A stretch of 64,000 nt of DNA from Longimicrobiales bacterium. Its GTDB lineage: Bacteria > Gemmatimonadota > Gemmatimonadetes > Longimicrobiales > Gaopeijiaceae. The notes under the pieces were generated by a model, which was not told where the DNA came from, made no database searches, and worked only from the letters and a program-made list of their open reading frames with translations. Shown here piece after piece: positions 45,462 through 54,379 of this stretch. Each line of letters opens with the position of its first letter. The stretch's first letter is position 1. The stretch lies in the NCBI GenBank assembly GCA_041690395.1, contig JAWLHJ010000004.1, forward strand, positions 337,365 to 401,364, given 5' to 3'. Both the position numbers and the translations under genes were made by a program.

Positions 45462-46889
45462 ATGACATCTGACCAGCACAGTTCCTCATACGCCTACGAG
45501 AGGCTGGCCGAAGAGCTCGCCCGGCAGGTGCGCAGCGGCACGCTCGCGCCCGGCGATCGCATTCCGTCGGTCCGGGAGATGAGTGGCCGCCAGGGCGTGA
45601 GCGTAACGACCGTCCTGCAGGCGTACCGGAAGCTCGAAGCGCTCCACCTGGTCGAGGCCAGGCCGAAGTCCGGCTTCTACGTGCTGCCCGAGCGAGCGCA
45701 CCGGGTGCCGCCTCCCCGTGTCTCGCGTCCGGTCCAGGCCCCGACTCGGGTGACGACCTCCGACCTGATGGACTCAATCGTGGCGGCGAGCTCCGACCCG
45801 GATCTCGTGCCCCTCGGCGCCGCGGTCCCCGACCCCGCCCTGCTGCCCCTCCGGGCCCTCGCGCGACACATGGGCTCCGTGCTGCGCGACGACCCCTCCG
45901 GCGCCTCGGCTTACGGAGCGCCGCACGGCATGGCCGAGCTCAGGCGGGAGATCGCCAAGCGAGAGTGGAACGCCGGGCCGCCGGTCGCGCCGGACGACGT
46001 GGTCGTCACCTGCGGAGCCGCCGAGGGGCTGAGCCTCGCCATCCGTGCCACCACGGAGCCCGGCGACGTCATCGCCGTCGAGTCTCCCGCCTTCTTCGGC
46101 ACGCTCCAGGCCATCGAGGCGTCGGGACGCCGCGCGCTCGAGATCCCCACCTGCTCCGTCGACGGCATCGACGTGAACGCCCTCGAGCACGCCCTCGAGC
46201 AGCACGACGTCAAGGCATGCATCGTCACGCCCAACTTCCACAACCCCCTGGGCTCGCTCGTCCCCGACGCGGACAAGGAGCGGCTCGTGCGGTTGCTGGG
46301 CCCGCGAGAGATCCCGCTCATCGAAGACGACACCTTCGGTGAGCTCTTCTTCGAGGACCAGCAGCCGGCGTCGCTCCGGCGCTGGGACACCCGAGGGCTC
46401 GTCATCCGCATCGGGAGCTTCAGCAAGACCCTGGCCCCTGGATACCGGATCGGATGGATGTTGCCCGGTCCGCGCTACGAGACGGCCGTCCGTCGCCACA
46501 AGCTCGCGTCGACCGTCGCCAACGCCACGCCGCCTCAGCTCGCGGTCGCCCGCTACCTCGCCAGCGGGCGGTACGACCACCACCTGCGGAAGCTTCGCCG
46601 CGTGCTCCGGGACAACGTCGCGCGCCTGCGTTCCGAAGTCGCCGCGCGCTTCCCCGACGGTACACGCCTGAGCCGCCCCCGGGGCGGGTTCCTGCTCTGG
46701 GTCCGCCTCCCCGACGGCGGCGACGCGCTCGCGTTGCATGCCCGGGCCCGCACCCGAGGCATCAGCGTGTCACCCGGCCCCATCTTCTCGCCGAGCGGCG
46801 GGTTCGGGAGCTTCCTTCGGCTCAGCGCGGGCCATCCCTGGACGGAGCGAACCGAGGCGGCGGTGGACGAGCTGGCCGGGATGGTGTGA
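45462..46889 (+). CDS. MocR/GntR-family regulator with PLP aminotransferase domain
   Basis: N-terminal wHTH (PGDRIPSVRE, TTVLQAY), NPLG, IEDD and SFSKTLAPGYRIGW. Divergent from EamA. Confidence 0.93.
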   Translation: MTSDQHSSSYAYERLAEELARQVRSGTLAPGDRIPSVREMSGRQGVSVTTVLQAYRKLEALHLVEARPKSGFYVLPERAHRVPPPRVSRPVQAPTRVTTSDLMDSIVAASSDPDLVPLGAAVPDPALLPLRALARHMGSVLRDDPSGASAYGAPHGMAELRREIAKREWNAGPPVAPDDVVVTCGAAEGLSLAIRATTEPGDVIAVESPAFFGTLQAIEASGRRALEIPTCSVDGIDVNALEHALEQHDVKACIVTPNFHNPLGSLVPDADKERLVRLLGPREIPLIEDDTFGELFFEDQQPASLRRWDTRGLVIRIGSFSKTLAPGYRIGWMLPGPRYETAVRRHKLASTVANATPPQLAVARYLASGRYDHHLRKLRRVLRDNVARLRSEVAARFPDGTRLSRPRGGFLLWVRLPDGGDALALHARARTRGISVSPGPIFSPSGGFGSFLRLSAGHPWTERTEAAVDELAGMV

Positions 46890-46906
46890 CGGCTCGCGCG
46901 TCTGCC

Positions 46907-47776
46907 TCACGCCGCCCCCCACACGTCCGCGTAGTCTCTGGCGAAGCGCTCCATCGTCCGCGGCGGGCGACTGAGCACGGCCTCCACGTCGGGGGAAACC
47001 GGGGCGCACGCGCCGTCGCGCACCAGCCGGTAGAACCCGAGTAGCCTGTCGGCCCGCGTCGGCCCCAGGCCCGCCTCTAAGATGGCCTCCCGGGCCTCGC
47101 CTTCGTCGAGCGACCGGTACTCGATACGGCGGCACGTGGAGCGGGAGAGCATGTCGGCTACGGCCCGGTGGTCAAGGGCCTCACCGCCGGTGAGCGTGTA
47201 AGCCCTCTCCTCGTGCCCCGGCTCGCACAGGGTCGCCGCCGCCACTTCCGCGATGTCCCGGGCGTCGATCCACGAGATTCGCGCGTCCCCGGCGGGCACC
47301 GCGATCCGCCCGGCCGAGCGGATGCCAGCCACGAGGGGGTGCACGGCGAAGATCTGCATGAACCAGTTGGGGCGCAGGTGGGTCCACGCCGGGACCGCCT
47401 CTTCCACCAGCGCCTCCATCCTACCCAGAGGCACGTCCTCCCGGCGCTCCGCGCCCATGGCCGAGAGGCTCACGATGCGTTCGACGCCACTCCCGCGCGC
47501 CGCGTCTACGAAGGGGCCGACCGTGCGCTCCGGTGCCATGTCGCCTGGCGGCGCCACCAGAAAGACCCGGTCCACACCCTCGAGCGCGGCCTGGAAGGTG
47601 TCGGGCCGGTCGAAGTCGAACGGCGTCCACTCGCAACCCGCGGGGCCCGCCCCCGCGACGCGGTCCACGTCGCGCGTTGCGCCCCTCACGGCCCACCCCC
47701 GCTCGAGAAGGGCCTTCACTAGCTCACCTCCAGCATTTCCGCTCGCCCCGGTCACCAGCACCTTTCCCGTCGTCAT
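46907..47776 (-). CDS. NmrA-like / atypical SDR NAD(P)H-binding protein
   Basis: VLVTGASGNAG, LRPNWFMQ, IDARDIA, YTLTG. Confidence 0.88.
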   Translation of the reverse strand: MTTGKVLVTGASGNAGGELVKALLERGWAVRGATRDVDRVAGAGPAGCEWTPFDFDRPDTFQAALEGVDRVFLVAPPGDMAPERTVGPFVDAARGSGVERIVSLSAMGAERREDVPLGRMEALVEEAVPAWTHLRPNWFMQIFAVHPLVAGIRSAGRIAVPAGDARISWIDARDIAEVAAATLCEPGHEERAYTLTGGEALDHRAVADMLSRSTCRRIEYRSLDEGEAREAILEAGLGPTRADRLLGFYRLVRDGACAPVSPDVEAVLSRPPRTMERFARDYADVWGAA

Positions 47777-47808
47777 GCCACCCTCCTTCCCAATTTCGAG
47801 TGAATCGT

Positions 47809-48453
47809 TCACGCCCGGCCACGGCCGGTCTGGCCGACTCCTTCGACCAGGCTCGCCAGACCACCGAGGTGGTATCGCTCAAATGCCGCCGTTGCCTCCC
47901 GGATCTCCCGGGCCCCCTCGAACCGCTCCAGGATCGCCACCAGAGTGGCCACGAAGTTCCGGTAGACCTGCTCGAGGTCGAACGCCAAGACGCGGCTCTC
48001 CGCGGCCCGCCGGCCGAAGACGGGGACGTGCTCCAACGCGGCCGCCACGAGCTCCTCGACGACCTCCTCGGGCACGTCCTCCCAACGGGCGCCGCCTCTA
48101 CCTCCCAGCACGATCACGAGCTCGAGCCGGTGCTCCACAGCGAAGTCCATCAGCGCGTCACTCGCGGTGAGGTAGGGATGGCCCTCGGGGAGGTCACGCA
48201 CATCGCCCGCGCCCCCTGCGGCCCGCAGCCGCTCCTTCAGCAGGTCGCGGAAACGACGCACGAGCCGCTCCGGCACGACGGCGTCGAAGAGCGCCTCCTT
48301 GCTGTCGTGATACCGGTAGATGTTGCCCGCGGCGGTGCCCGCTTGGTCGGCTATGGCGGCTACGGTCGCGCCCTCGTACCCCTCGGCGGCGAATACCCGC
48401 AGGGCCGCCTTCGCAATCCGCCATCGGACCTCGTCCTTCAGAACCTGTGGCAT
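47809..48453 (-). CDS. TetR/AcrR family regulator
   Basis: AALRVFAAEGYEGATVAAIADQAG...NIYRYHDSKEALF. Confidence 0.9.
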   Translation of the reverse strand: MPQVLKDEVRWRIAKAALRVFAAEGYEGATVAAIADQAGTAAGNIYRYHDSKEALFDAVVPERLVRRFRDLLKERLRAAGGAGDVRDLPEGHPYLTASDALMDFAVEHRLELVIVLGGRGGARWEDVPEEVVEELVAAALEHVPVFGRRAAESRVLAFDLEQVYRNFVATLVAILERFEGAREIREATAAFERYHLGGLASLVEGVGQTGRGRA

Positions 48454-48464
48454 GGACTCCCTGT

Positions 48465-48493
48465 TGATAAATGAATACTTGATTCATTTATCA
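48465..48493. promoter_or_regulatory. Probable TetR operator
   Basis: Perfect 12-bp inverted repeat TGATAAATGAAT-N5-ATTCATTTATCA immediately upstream of tetR. Confidence 0.75.
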
Positions 48494-48593
48494 CACGTTC
48501 CGCGCGTCCGGTCAAGCCCATGCCATCTATCGGTCCCTGATCACCGAGCGCCCCTTTCGGGGGAGGGCGCTCCGCCACCCGTCGATCCAGGGA

Positions 48594-49052
48594 TCAACGC
48601 ATCGCGTTCTGCCGCGCCGGTTGCGCGTCGCGGATCTGAACCAGCGTCTGCCGGTCGGCACGTAGGAGGTCGTCGAGCGTGTAGCGGTCCAGCGCGGTGA
48701 AGAAGTCCCGCTGAGCCTCGGCGAGCACGCCCGCGAGGCGGCAGTTTCCGGTGAGCGGGCAGGTCGAGTCCGCCTCGAAGCACTCGGCCATCGCCAGGGT
48801 CGGCTCGAGTTCGCGGACGAGGGCCCCCAGCCGCATCTCCGTACCGTCGCCGGAGAGTGCGTACCCGCCGCCACGACCACGCGAGCTCTCGACCAGGCCG
48901 AGCCCGACGAGAGCCTGGAGCCCCTTCACCAGGTGCTCCTTCGAGACCCTCAGCTTCTCCGCCATCTCGGCCGACGGGATCCTGCGGGCGGGGTCGGAGC
49001 CCAGGTACATCAAGGCTCGCAGCGAGATGTCGGAGAAGCGTGAGATCCTCAT
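48594..49052 (-). CDS. nsrR: Rrf2-family regulator (NsrR-like)
   Basis: FSDISLRALMYL, SSRGRGGG, three Cys in ECFEADSTCPLTGNC. Lies downstream of nirK. Confidence 0.8.
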   Translation of the reverse strand: MRISRFSDISLRALMYLGSDPARRIPSAEMAEKLRVSKEHLVKGLQALVGLGLVESSRGRGGGYALSGDGTEMRLGALVRELEPTLAMAECFEADSTCPLTGNCRLAGVLAEAQRDFFTALDRYTLDDLLRADRQTLVQIRDAQPARQNAMR

Positions 49053-49071
49053 GATCGCGGTCGTGCTGGAG

Positions 49072-50259
49072 TTATCGGACGGTCGAGCCTTCGGCGGCCG
49101 GCCCGCTCGGGCCCGCCGCCGTCGTCAGGGGACGGGGCGCGATGCTCTGGGTCATGATCTCGTCGTCCCATCCCCCCTCGACATGAATGAGGGCCTTGGC
49201 GTCGTAGAGGAAGGCCTTGATCAGGTTGTGGTTGAGGTAGGCATAGACCCCCTCCTGCTCGAAGGTGTAGACGGCGGCCGCCGTGCCTCCCGCCGCCACC
49301 GCCCAGCTCTCCAGGCCTTCGAGGGGTCGGTTGTTGAACTTGCCGTACGGCCAGACCCAGTCGCCGTGCCCTCCGATCAGGTGTGGGTAGGACGGGTTGT
49401 TCGCCTGCGAATGGAGCATGAGGACCGTCTCGCCTACCTCGGCCTCGAGCCGGGTGTCCGCGGTGAGCGCGCCGTACTTTCCATTGAAGGCGATGTGCGT
49501 CGGAGTGAGGCCCTTCATGACGTCCAACCAGTCGCCCATCTGCATCGTGAAGTTGTCGTAGCGCTTCGAGGTGCGGTCGTCGTTCATGGGCACGTAGTAG
49601 TCCTGCTCGCCGAAGTAGAAGGCTCGGTCGTACCGCACGGGCTTCCCGTAGCCGTCACGGAGTCCCTCGCGCGGAAGGACCAGGATGCCGCCGTTTCCGC
49701 CGGTCGTGACGTGGTAGGGCACCATCTCGCCGCCGGGAGCGCAGTGGTAGACGAAGAACCCCGCCTTCAGGGCGCGCCAGAGCAGCCCGACTTCCTGTCC
49801 GGGGGGCACCATGGTGAGCTCTCCGCCGCCCATGGCACCGGTCGCGGCGTGGAAGTCGATGTTGTGTGCCTGGGCGTTAGCGGCGACGCCGAACCGGAGT
49901 GTGTCCGTGGAGCCGTTGACGAGGGTGAGATCGACCCAGTCGTACTGGTGCACGACGGGGACCGGGCCAGGCACGACCCCGTTGAAGGCCATCTGCCAGA
50001 CGAAGACGCCCGGCGCGATCTCCACCTCCTGCTCGATGATCTCCATCCGGATCTCGACGATACGCGGCGGGCCCTCGGCGACCTGCTCGTGCACGGGAAG
50101 GAAGGGCGGATCCACGAGATCCTGTGAGACGCGCTCAGCGTCTTCGAGCGGGAAGTTCACGACCCCCGGGTCCGGGGAGATCTTCCACTCACCGCTTTCC
50201 TGACAGGCGGCCATCCCCAGGAGGGTGAGGACGGCGGCTGTATGAAAGGTGCGCTGCAT
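49072..50259 (-). CDS. nirK: Copper-containing nitrite reductase (lipoprotein)
   Basis: Lipobox MAAC, HNIDFH, YHCAP...YH, PHLIGGHGD and YLNHNL. Confidence 0.9.
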   Translation of the reverse strand: MQRTFHTAAVLTLLGMAACQESGEWKISPDPGVVNFPLEDAERVSQDLVDPPFLPVHEQVAEGPPRIVEIRMEIIEQEVEIAPGVFVWQMAFNGVVPGPVPVVHQYDWVDLTLVNGSTDTLRFGVAANAQAHNIDFHAATGAMGGGELTMVPPGQEVGLLWRALKAGFFVYHCAPGGEMVPYHVTTGGNGGILVLPREGLRDGYGKPVRYDRAFYFGEQDYYVPMNDDRTSKRYDNFTMQMGDWLDVMKGLTPTHIAFNGKYGALTADTRLEAEVGETVLMLHSQANNPSYPHLIGGHGDWVWPYGKFNNRPLEGLESWAVAAGGTAAAVYTFEQEGVYAYLNHNLIKAFLYDAKALIHVEGGWDDEIMTQSIAPRPLTTAAGPSGPAAEGSTVR

Positions 50260-50310
50260 TTTGATAGCTCCGTTGCGGGGCCACCGCCTGGGCGGTAGCG
50301 TCTTCCCTCT

Positions 50311-50333
50311 AACTGGTATTTAAAATACCAGTT
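50311..50333. promoter_or_regulatory. NsrR-type 11-1-11 operator upstream of nirK
   Basis: Perfect AACTGGTATTT-A-AAATACCAGTT. Confidence 0.8.
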
Positions 50334-50378
50334 TCTGTCAGGGGAACAACGGCCAGCTCCGCGGTGCCACGAGGCCAC

Positions 50379-50435
50379 TTTCGATACACTTGCGTTCAGC
50401 AATATTTCGACTATTTTCGATACACTCACGTTTCG
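50379..50435 (+). promoter_or_regulatory. Duplicated candidate TetR operator
   Basis: TTTCGATACACT at 50379 and 50415. The second copy extends to the pseudo-palindrome CGATACACTCACGTTTCG. Confidence 0.5.
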
Positions 50436-50449
50436 TATTGTAGGGAGGG

Positions 50450-51079
50450 ATGATGCAGCGTTCCAACGACGCCGACACCACAGGCCCCGGACGCCCGAGG
50501 AGCGCCAGCGCCGACATAGCCATTCTCGAGGCGGCCATGGACCTCATGGCCGAGGGAGGCTACGGCGCGCTCACGATGGAGGGGATCGCGGCCCGGGCCG
50601 GAGTGGGTAAGGCGACGCTCTACCGTCGATGGAAGTCGCCCGAAGAGGTCGTCGTGGCCGCCGTCAGGGCCTTCGTGGAGGAGATCCGGATCCCGGACTC
50701 CGGGTCCGTAGAGGAAGACCTACGCCTGCTGATGCGCCAGGCCGTGGACGTGTACCGCGGCCGACCCGGGCAGGTGCTTCCCGGCCTCCTCGCCGCGATG
50801 GCCGCCAGCGAGGAGGTCGGGCGCTCTGTGCGCGAGCGATATCTGGAAGGGCGGCGAGCCGCTCTCGCCGCCGTGCTTCGTCGGGGCATGGAGCGCCGGG
50901 AGCTCCGATCCGATCTGGACCTGGAGCTCGTCCTCGACTTCCTGGGCGGCCCCCTCTTCTACCGGATCCTCGTCACGGGAGGCTCTCTCGACCAAAGTCT
51001 CGCAGGCAGGATCGTCGACCTGGTGCTCCGTGGCGCGGCACCGGCTCCATCCGACCTCGGCGAAGGAGGTACGACATGA
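50450..51079 (+). CDS. TetR/AcrR family regulator
   Basis: GRPRS, TMEGIAARAGVGKATLYRRWKS, GPLFYRIL. Confidence 0.92.
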   Translation: MMQRSNDADTTGPGRPRSASADIAILEAAMDLMAEGGYGALTMEGIAARAGVGKATLYRRWKSPEEVVVAAVRAFVEEIRIPDSGSVEEDLRLLMRQAVDVYRGRPGQVLPGLLAAMAASEEVGRSVRERYLEGRRAALAAVLRRGMERRELRSDLDLELVLDFLGGPLFYRILVTGGSLDQSLAGRIVDLVLRGAAPAPSDLGEGGTT

Positions 51080-51912
51080 AGATCCATGCGATTCAAACCG
51101 GGACCGTCCAGGTCCATGAGAGACAGAGGGCCGGCGAAGGTCGGGGGCCCCTTCGGTTTCTGAACACGTTGCTCGACCGCAGCTGGACCCCGCCCCTTCC
51201 CATCTACGCATGGGTCGTCGAGCACCCCGAAGGGCTGATCCTCATCGACACGGGCGAGACCGCTCGAACGGCCCAGCCCGGGTATTTCCCACGCTGGCAC
51301 CCGTACTACCGCCTCGCGGTCCGAGCTCAGGTCGGCCCCGAGATGGAGATCGGCCCGGCCCTCGAGGCCCTCGGCATCCGGACCGCGGACATACGCTGGG
51401 TGGTCATGACGCATCTTCACACGGATCACGCCGGGGGTCTGGGACACGTGACCGGTTCGGACATCCTCGTGAGCCGGACGGAGTACGAGGACGCACGCGG
51501 TCCGATGGGCAGGATCCGGGGCTATCTGCCGCATCGGTGGCCCGACGGCTTTTCCCCGACCCTGGTGTCCTTCCCTCCCGAATCGTTCGGCCCGTTCCCA
51601 GAAAGCCATACGCTCACCCGAGCGGGCGACGTGCGGCTCGTGCCGACTCCCGGTCACACCCGGGGCCACCTCTCCGTCGCGGTGGAGCACGGAGACAGGA
51701 CCTTCTTCTTCGCCGGCGACGCCTCCTACACCGAGGAGAGCCTTCACGCCGGGATCGTGGACGGCGTCGCGTCCATGGGCGGCGGCGAGGACGTGGCGGC
51801 CACGACGCTGGCCCGGATTCGTGCGCTGGGCCAGGAACGCTCCCTCGTCTATCTGCCGTCCCACGACCCGCGATCGGCGAGGAGGCTGGAGGAGGCCGTG
51901 GCGGGCGGCTAA
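51076..51912 (+). CDS. Metallo-beta-lactamase-fold hydrolase, N-acyl-homoserine lactonase family
   Basis: LIDTG, THLHTDHAGG, PGHTRGH, AGDASY, PSHD. ATGA overlap with tetR. Confidence 0.85.
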   Translation: MKIHAIQTGTVQVHERQRAGEGRGPLRFLNTLLDRSWTPPLPIYAWVVEHPEGLILIDTGETARTAQPGYFPRWHPYYRLAVRAQVGPEMEIGPALEALGIRTADIRWVVMTHLHTDHAGGLGHVTGSDILVSRTEYEDARGPMGRIRGYLPHRWPDGFSPTLVSFPPESFGPFPESHTLTRAGDVRLVPTPGHTRGHLSVAVEHGDRTFFFAGDASYTEESLHAGIVDGVASMGGGEDVAATTLARIRALGQERSLVYLPSHDPRSARRLEEAVAGG

Positions 51913-51969
51913 GGGCGGGGCCCCGGAGGAGGATCCCCCGAGGCCCGCCCCCCACCGACGGCCCGCGCC

Positions 51970-53172
51970 CTACTGCACCGCGTTGATCATGTCGAAGATC
52001 GGGAGGTACATCGCCACGATCATGCCACCGACGATCACGCCCAGCACCACGATCATGATCGGCTCCATGGCCGCGAGCAGCGCGTCCACCGCCGCGTCGA
52101 CCTCTTCGTCGTAGAAGTCGGCGATCTTCGTGAGCATCTCGTCGAGCCCGCCGGTCTGCTCACCGACGTTGATCATCTGCACCACCATGGGCGGGAACAC
52201 CCCGGACTCCCGCAGCGGACCCGCGATCGTCTCACCACCCGCGATCGAGGCGCGCGACCCCATGACCGCGTCGTGGATGACCCGGTTGCCCGCCGTCTTC
52301 GCGGTGATCTCGAGACCCTCAAGGATCGACACGCCGGACGACACGAGCGTTCCGAGCGTCCGCGTGAACCGTGCCACCGCGGCTTTGCGCTGCAGGTCGC
52401 CCAGGATGGGCATGGCCAGGATCATCCGGTCGATGAGGAGCTGTCCGCCGTCGGTCGCGTAGAACTGCTTGAGTGCCACGACACCCGCGACGATACCGGC
52501 GCCCACGGCCCACCACCACGCCTGCAGGAAGGCCGACATGCCGATGACGATCTGGGTCGGGAGCGGAAGCGGAATACCCGCCGAGGCGAACATCGTCTGG
52601 AACGTCGGGATGACGAAGATCAGCAGAATGACGATGGCGCCGCCGGCCACCGAGAAGATCACCCCGGGATAGATCATCGCGCCTTTGATCTTCCGGACGA
52701 GCGCGTCGTTCTTCTCCAGGAACGTCGCGAGACGCAGGAGGATCGTGTCGAGGATACCGCCGGCCTCACCGGCCGCGACCATGTTCACGTACAGCTCGGT
52801 GAAGACCTTGGGGTGCTTGCCCATGGCGTCCGCGAGCGTGTTTCCGGACTCCACGTCGTAGAGCACCTCGCCGATGGTCTTGCGGAGCACCGGATTCTCG
52901 GTCTGCTCCGCCAGGATGTCGAGGCTCTGCACGAGCGGCAGGCCCGAGTTGATCATCGTCGCGAACTGGCGCGTGAAGATGACGATGTCCCGCATGCCGA
53001 CACCGCTTCCGAACGAGAAGCTGAGCTCCTTCGGCTTCTCACGAACCGTGACCGGGATGAGCTTCTGCCGGTGCAGGTGTGCGAGCACGTCGTCCTTGCT
53101 GGACAGCTCGATCTCGCCGGTCTGGATGTCACCGCCTGACGCCGGCCTGGCGCTGTAGCTGAATACGGGCAT
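51970..53172 (-). CDS. pilC: Type IV pilus platform protein PilC
   Basis: FTRQFATMINSGLPL, AGEAGGILD, GEQTGGLDEML, YLPIFDM. Confidence 0.95.
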   Translation of the reverse strand: MPVFSYSARPASGGDIQTGEIELSSKDDVLAHLHRQKLIPVTVREKPKELSFSFGSGVGMRDIVIFTRQFATMINSGLPLVQSLDILAEQTENPVLRKTIGEVLYDVESGNTLADAMGKHPKVFTELYVNMVAAGEAGGILDTILLRLATFLEKNDALVRKIKGAMIYPGVIFSVAGGAIVILLIFVIPTFQTMFASAGIPLPLPTQIVIGMSAFLQAWWWAVGAGIVAGVVALKQFYATDGGQLLIDRMILAMPILGDLQRKAAVARFTRTLGTLVSSGVSILEGLEITAKTAGNRVIHDAVMGSRASIAGGETIAGPLRESGVFPPMVVQMINVGEQTGGLDEMLTKIADFYDEEVDAAVDALLAAMEPIMIVVLGVIVGGMIVAMYLPIFDMINAVQ

Positions 53173-53220
53173 GGGCCTATCTGCTCACAGGTCGCTGAGG
53201 GTTGGTATGGCGGGGGGTCT

Positions 53221-54342
53221 TCATTCCGGCGCGGTCTCACCTACCGCGCGCAACAGCTCGTTCGGGTCGCCGGAGCGCTTGAGTGCCTCGTTGAGGGTGA
53301 TCTGGCCCTGGATGTAGAGCATCTGCAGCGCGTCGTTCATGGTCTGCATGCCGTGCTTCTTGCCGGCCTGCATGAGCGAATAGACCTGGTGGATCTTCTC
53401 GTCGCGGATAACCGCCCGGATCGCCGGCGTGCACATCATGATCTCGACCGCCGCGACACGGCCCTTCCCCTTGGCCTTCGGAATCAGCGTCTGCGTCACG
53501 ACACCCTCGAGCACGAAGGCCAGCTGAGCCCGCACCTGCGCCTGCTGATGCGACGGGAACGCGTCGATGATCCGGTTGATGGACTCCGCGGCCGAGTTCG
53601 TGTGTAGCGTGGCGAACACCAAGTGACCGGTCTCGGCAATTGTTAGCGCCGCGGACATGGTCTCGAGATCCCGCATCTCACCGACCAGGATGACGTCCGG
53701 GTCCTGCCGTAGCGCGTACTTGAGCGCGGCGCCGAAACTCTGAGTGTCGGCGCCCACCTCGCGCTGGTTTATGGTGCAATTCTGGTGCCGGTGGATGAAC
53801 TCGATCGGGTCCTCGATCGTGATGATGTGGCTCTTCCGCTCCTTGTTCACCTTGTCGACCATCGCGGCGAGCGTCGTCGACTTACCCGAGCCGGTCGGAC
53901 CCGTGACCAGCACGAGGCCCCGCGGACGCTCGGCCAGCTTGTTGATGACCGGGGGCAGTCCGAGCTTCTCGATCGAGATGATCTCGTAGGGGATCTGCCG
54001 AATGGCCATCGCCACGCAGCCGCGCTGCTTGTACACGTTGCCGCGGAAGCGCGAGAGATTCTGGACGCCGAACGAGAAGTCGAGCTCGTCGTCGGTCTCG
54101 AATCGCTTCTTCTGGTTCTCGGTCAGGATCGAGTACGCCAGCGCCATGGTGTCCTTCGGCGCCAGGACCTGGTTGTGGGCCGAGTTCACCAGATCGCCGT
54201 CGACGCGCAGCTTCGGCGGGCTTCCCACCGTGATGTGCAGGTCGGAAGCGCCCCGCTGGATCATCTCCTGGAGGAGCGCCCGGAGATTGAGTTCCTGCTT
54301 GGGACGTGTCTGTGCGTCCGCCGGAGAGGCCGGCTGATTCAT
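53221..54342 (-). CDS. pilT: Type IV pilus retraction ATPase
   Basis: GPTGSGKSTT, TIEDPIE, LRQDPDVILVGEMRD, TGHLVFATLH, AIRAVIRD and GMQT. Confidence 0.96.
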   Translation of the reverse strand: MNQPASPADAQTRPKQELNLRALLQEMIQRGASDLHITVGSPPKLRVDGDLVNSAHNQVLAPKDTMALAYSILTENQKKRFETDDELDFSFGVQNLSRFRGNVYKQRGCVAMAIRQIPYEIISIEKLGLPPVINKLAERPRGLVLVTGPTGSGKSTTLAAMVDKVNKERKSHIITIEDPIEFIHRHQNCTINQREVGADTQSFGAALKYALRQDPDVILVGEMRDLETMSAALTIAETGHLVFATLHTNSAAESINRIIDAFPSHQQAQVRAQLAFVLEGVVTQTLIPKAKGKGRVAAVEIMMCTPAIRAVIRDEKIHQVYSLMQAGKKHGMQTMNDALQMLYIQGQITLNEALKRSGDPNELLRAVGETAPE

Positions 54343-54379
54343 CTGGTGTCCTCGGGAGAGTTGCAGTCGGCGGTCCGCT

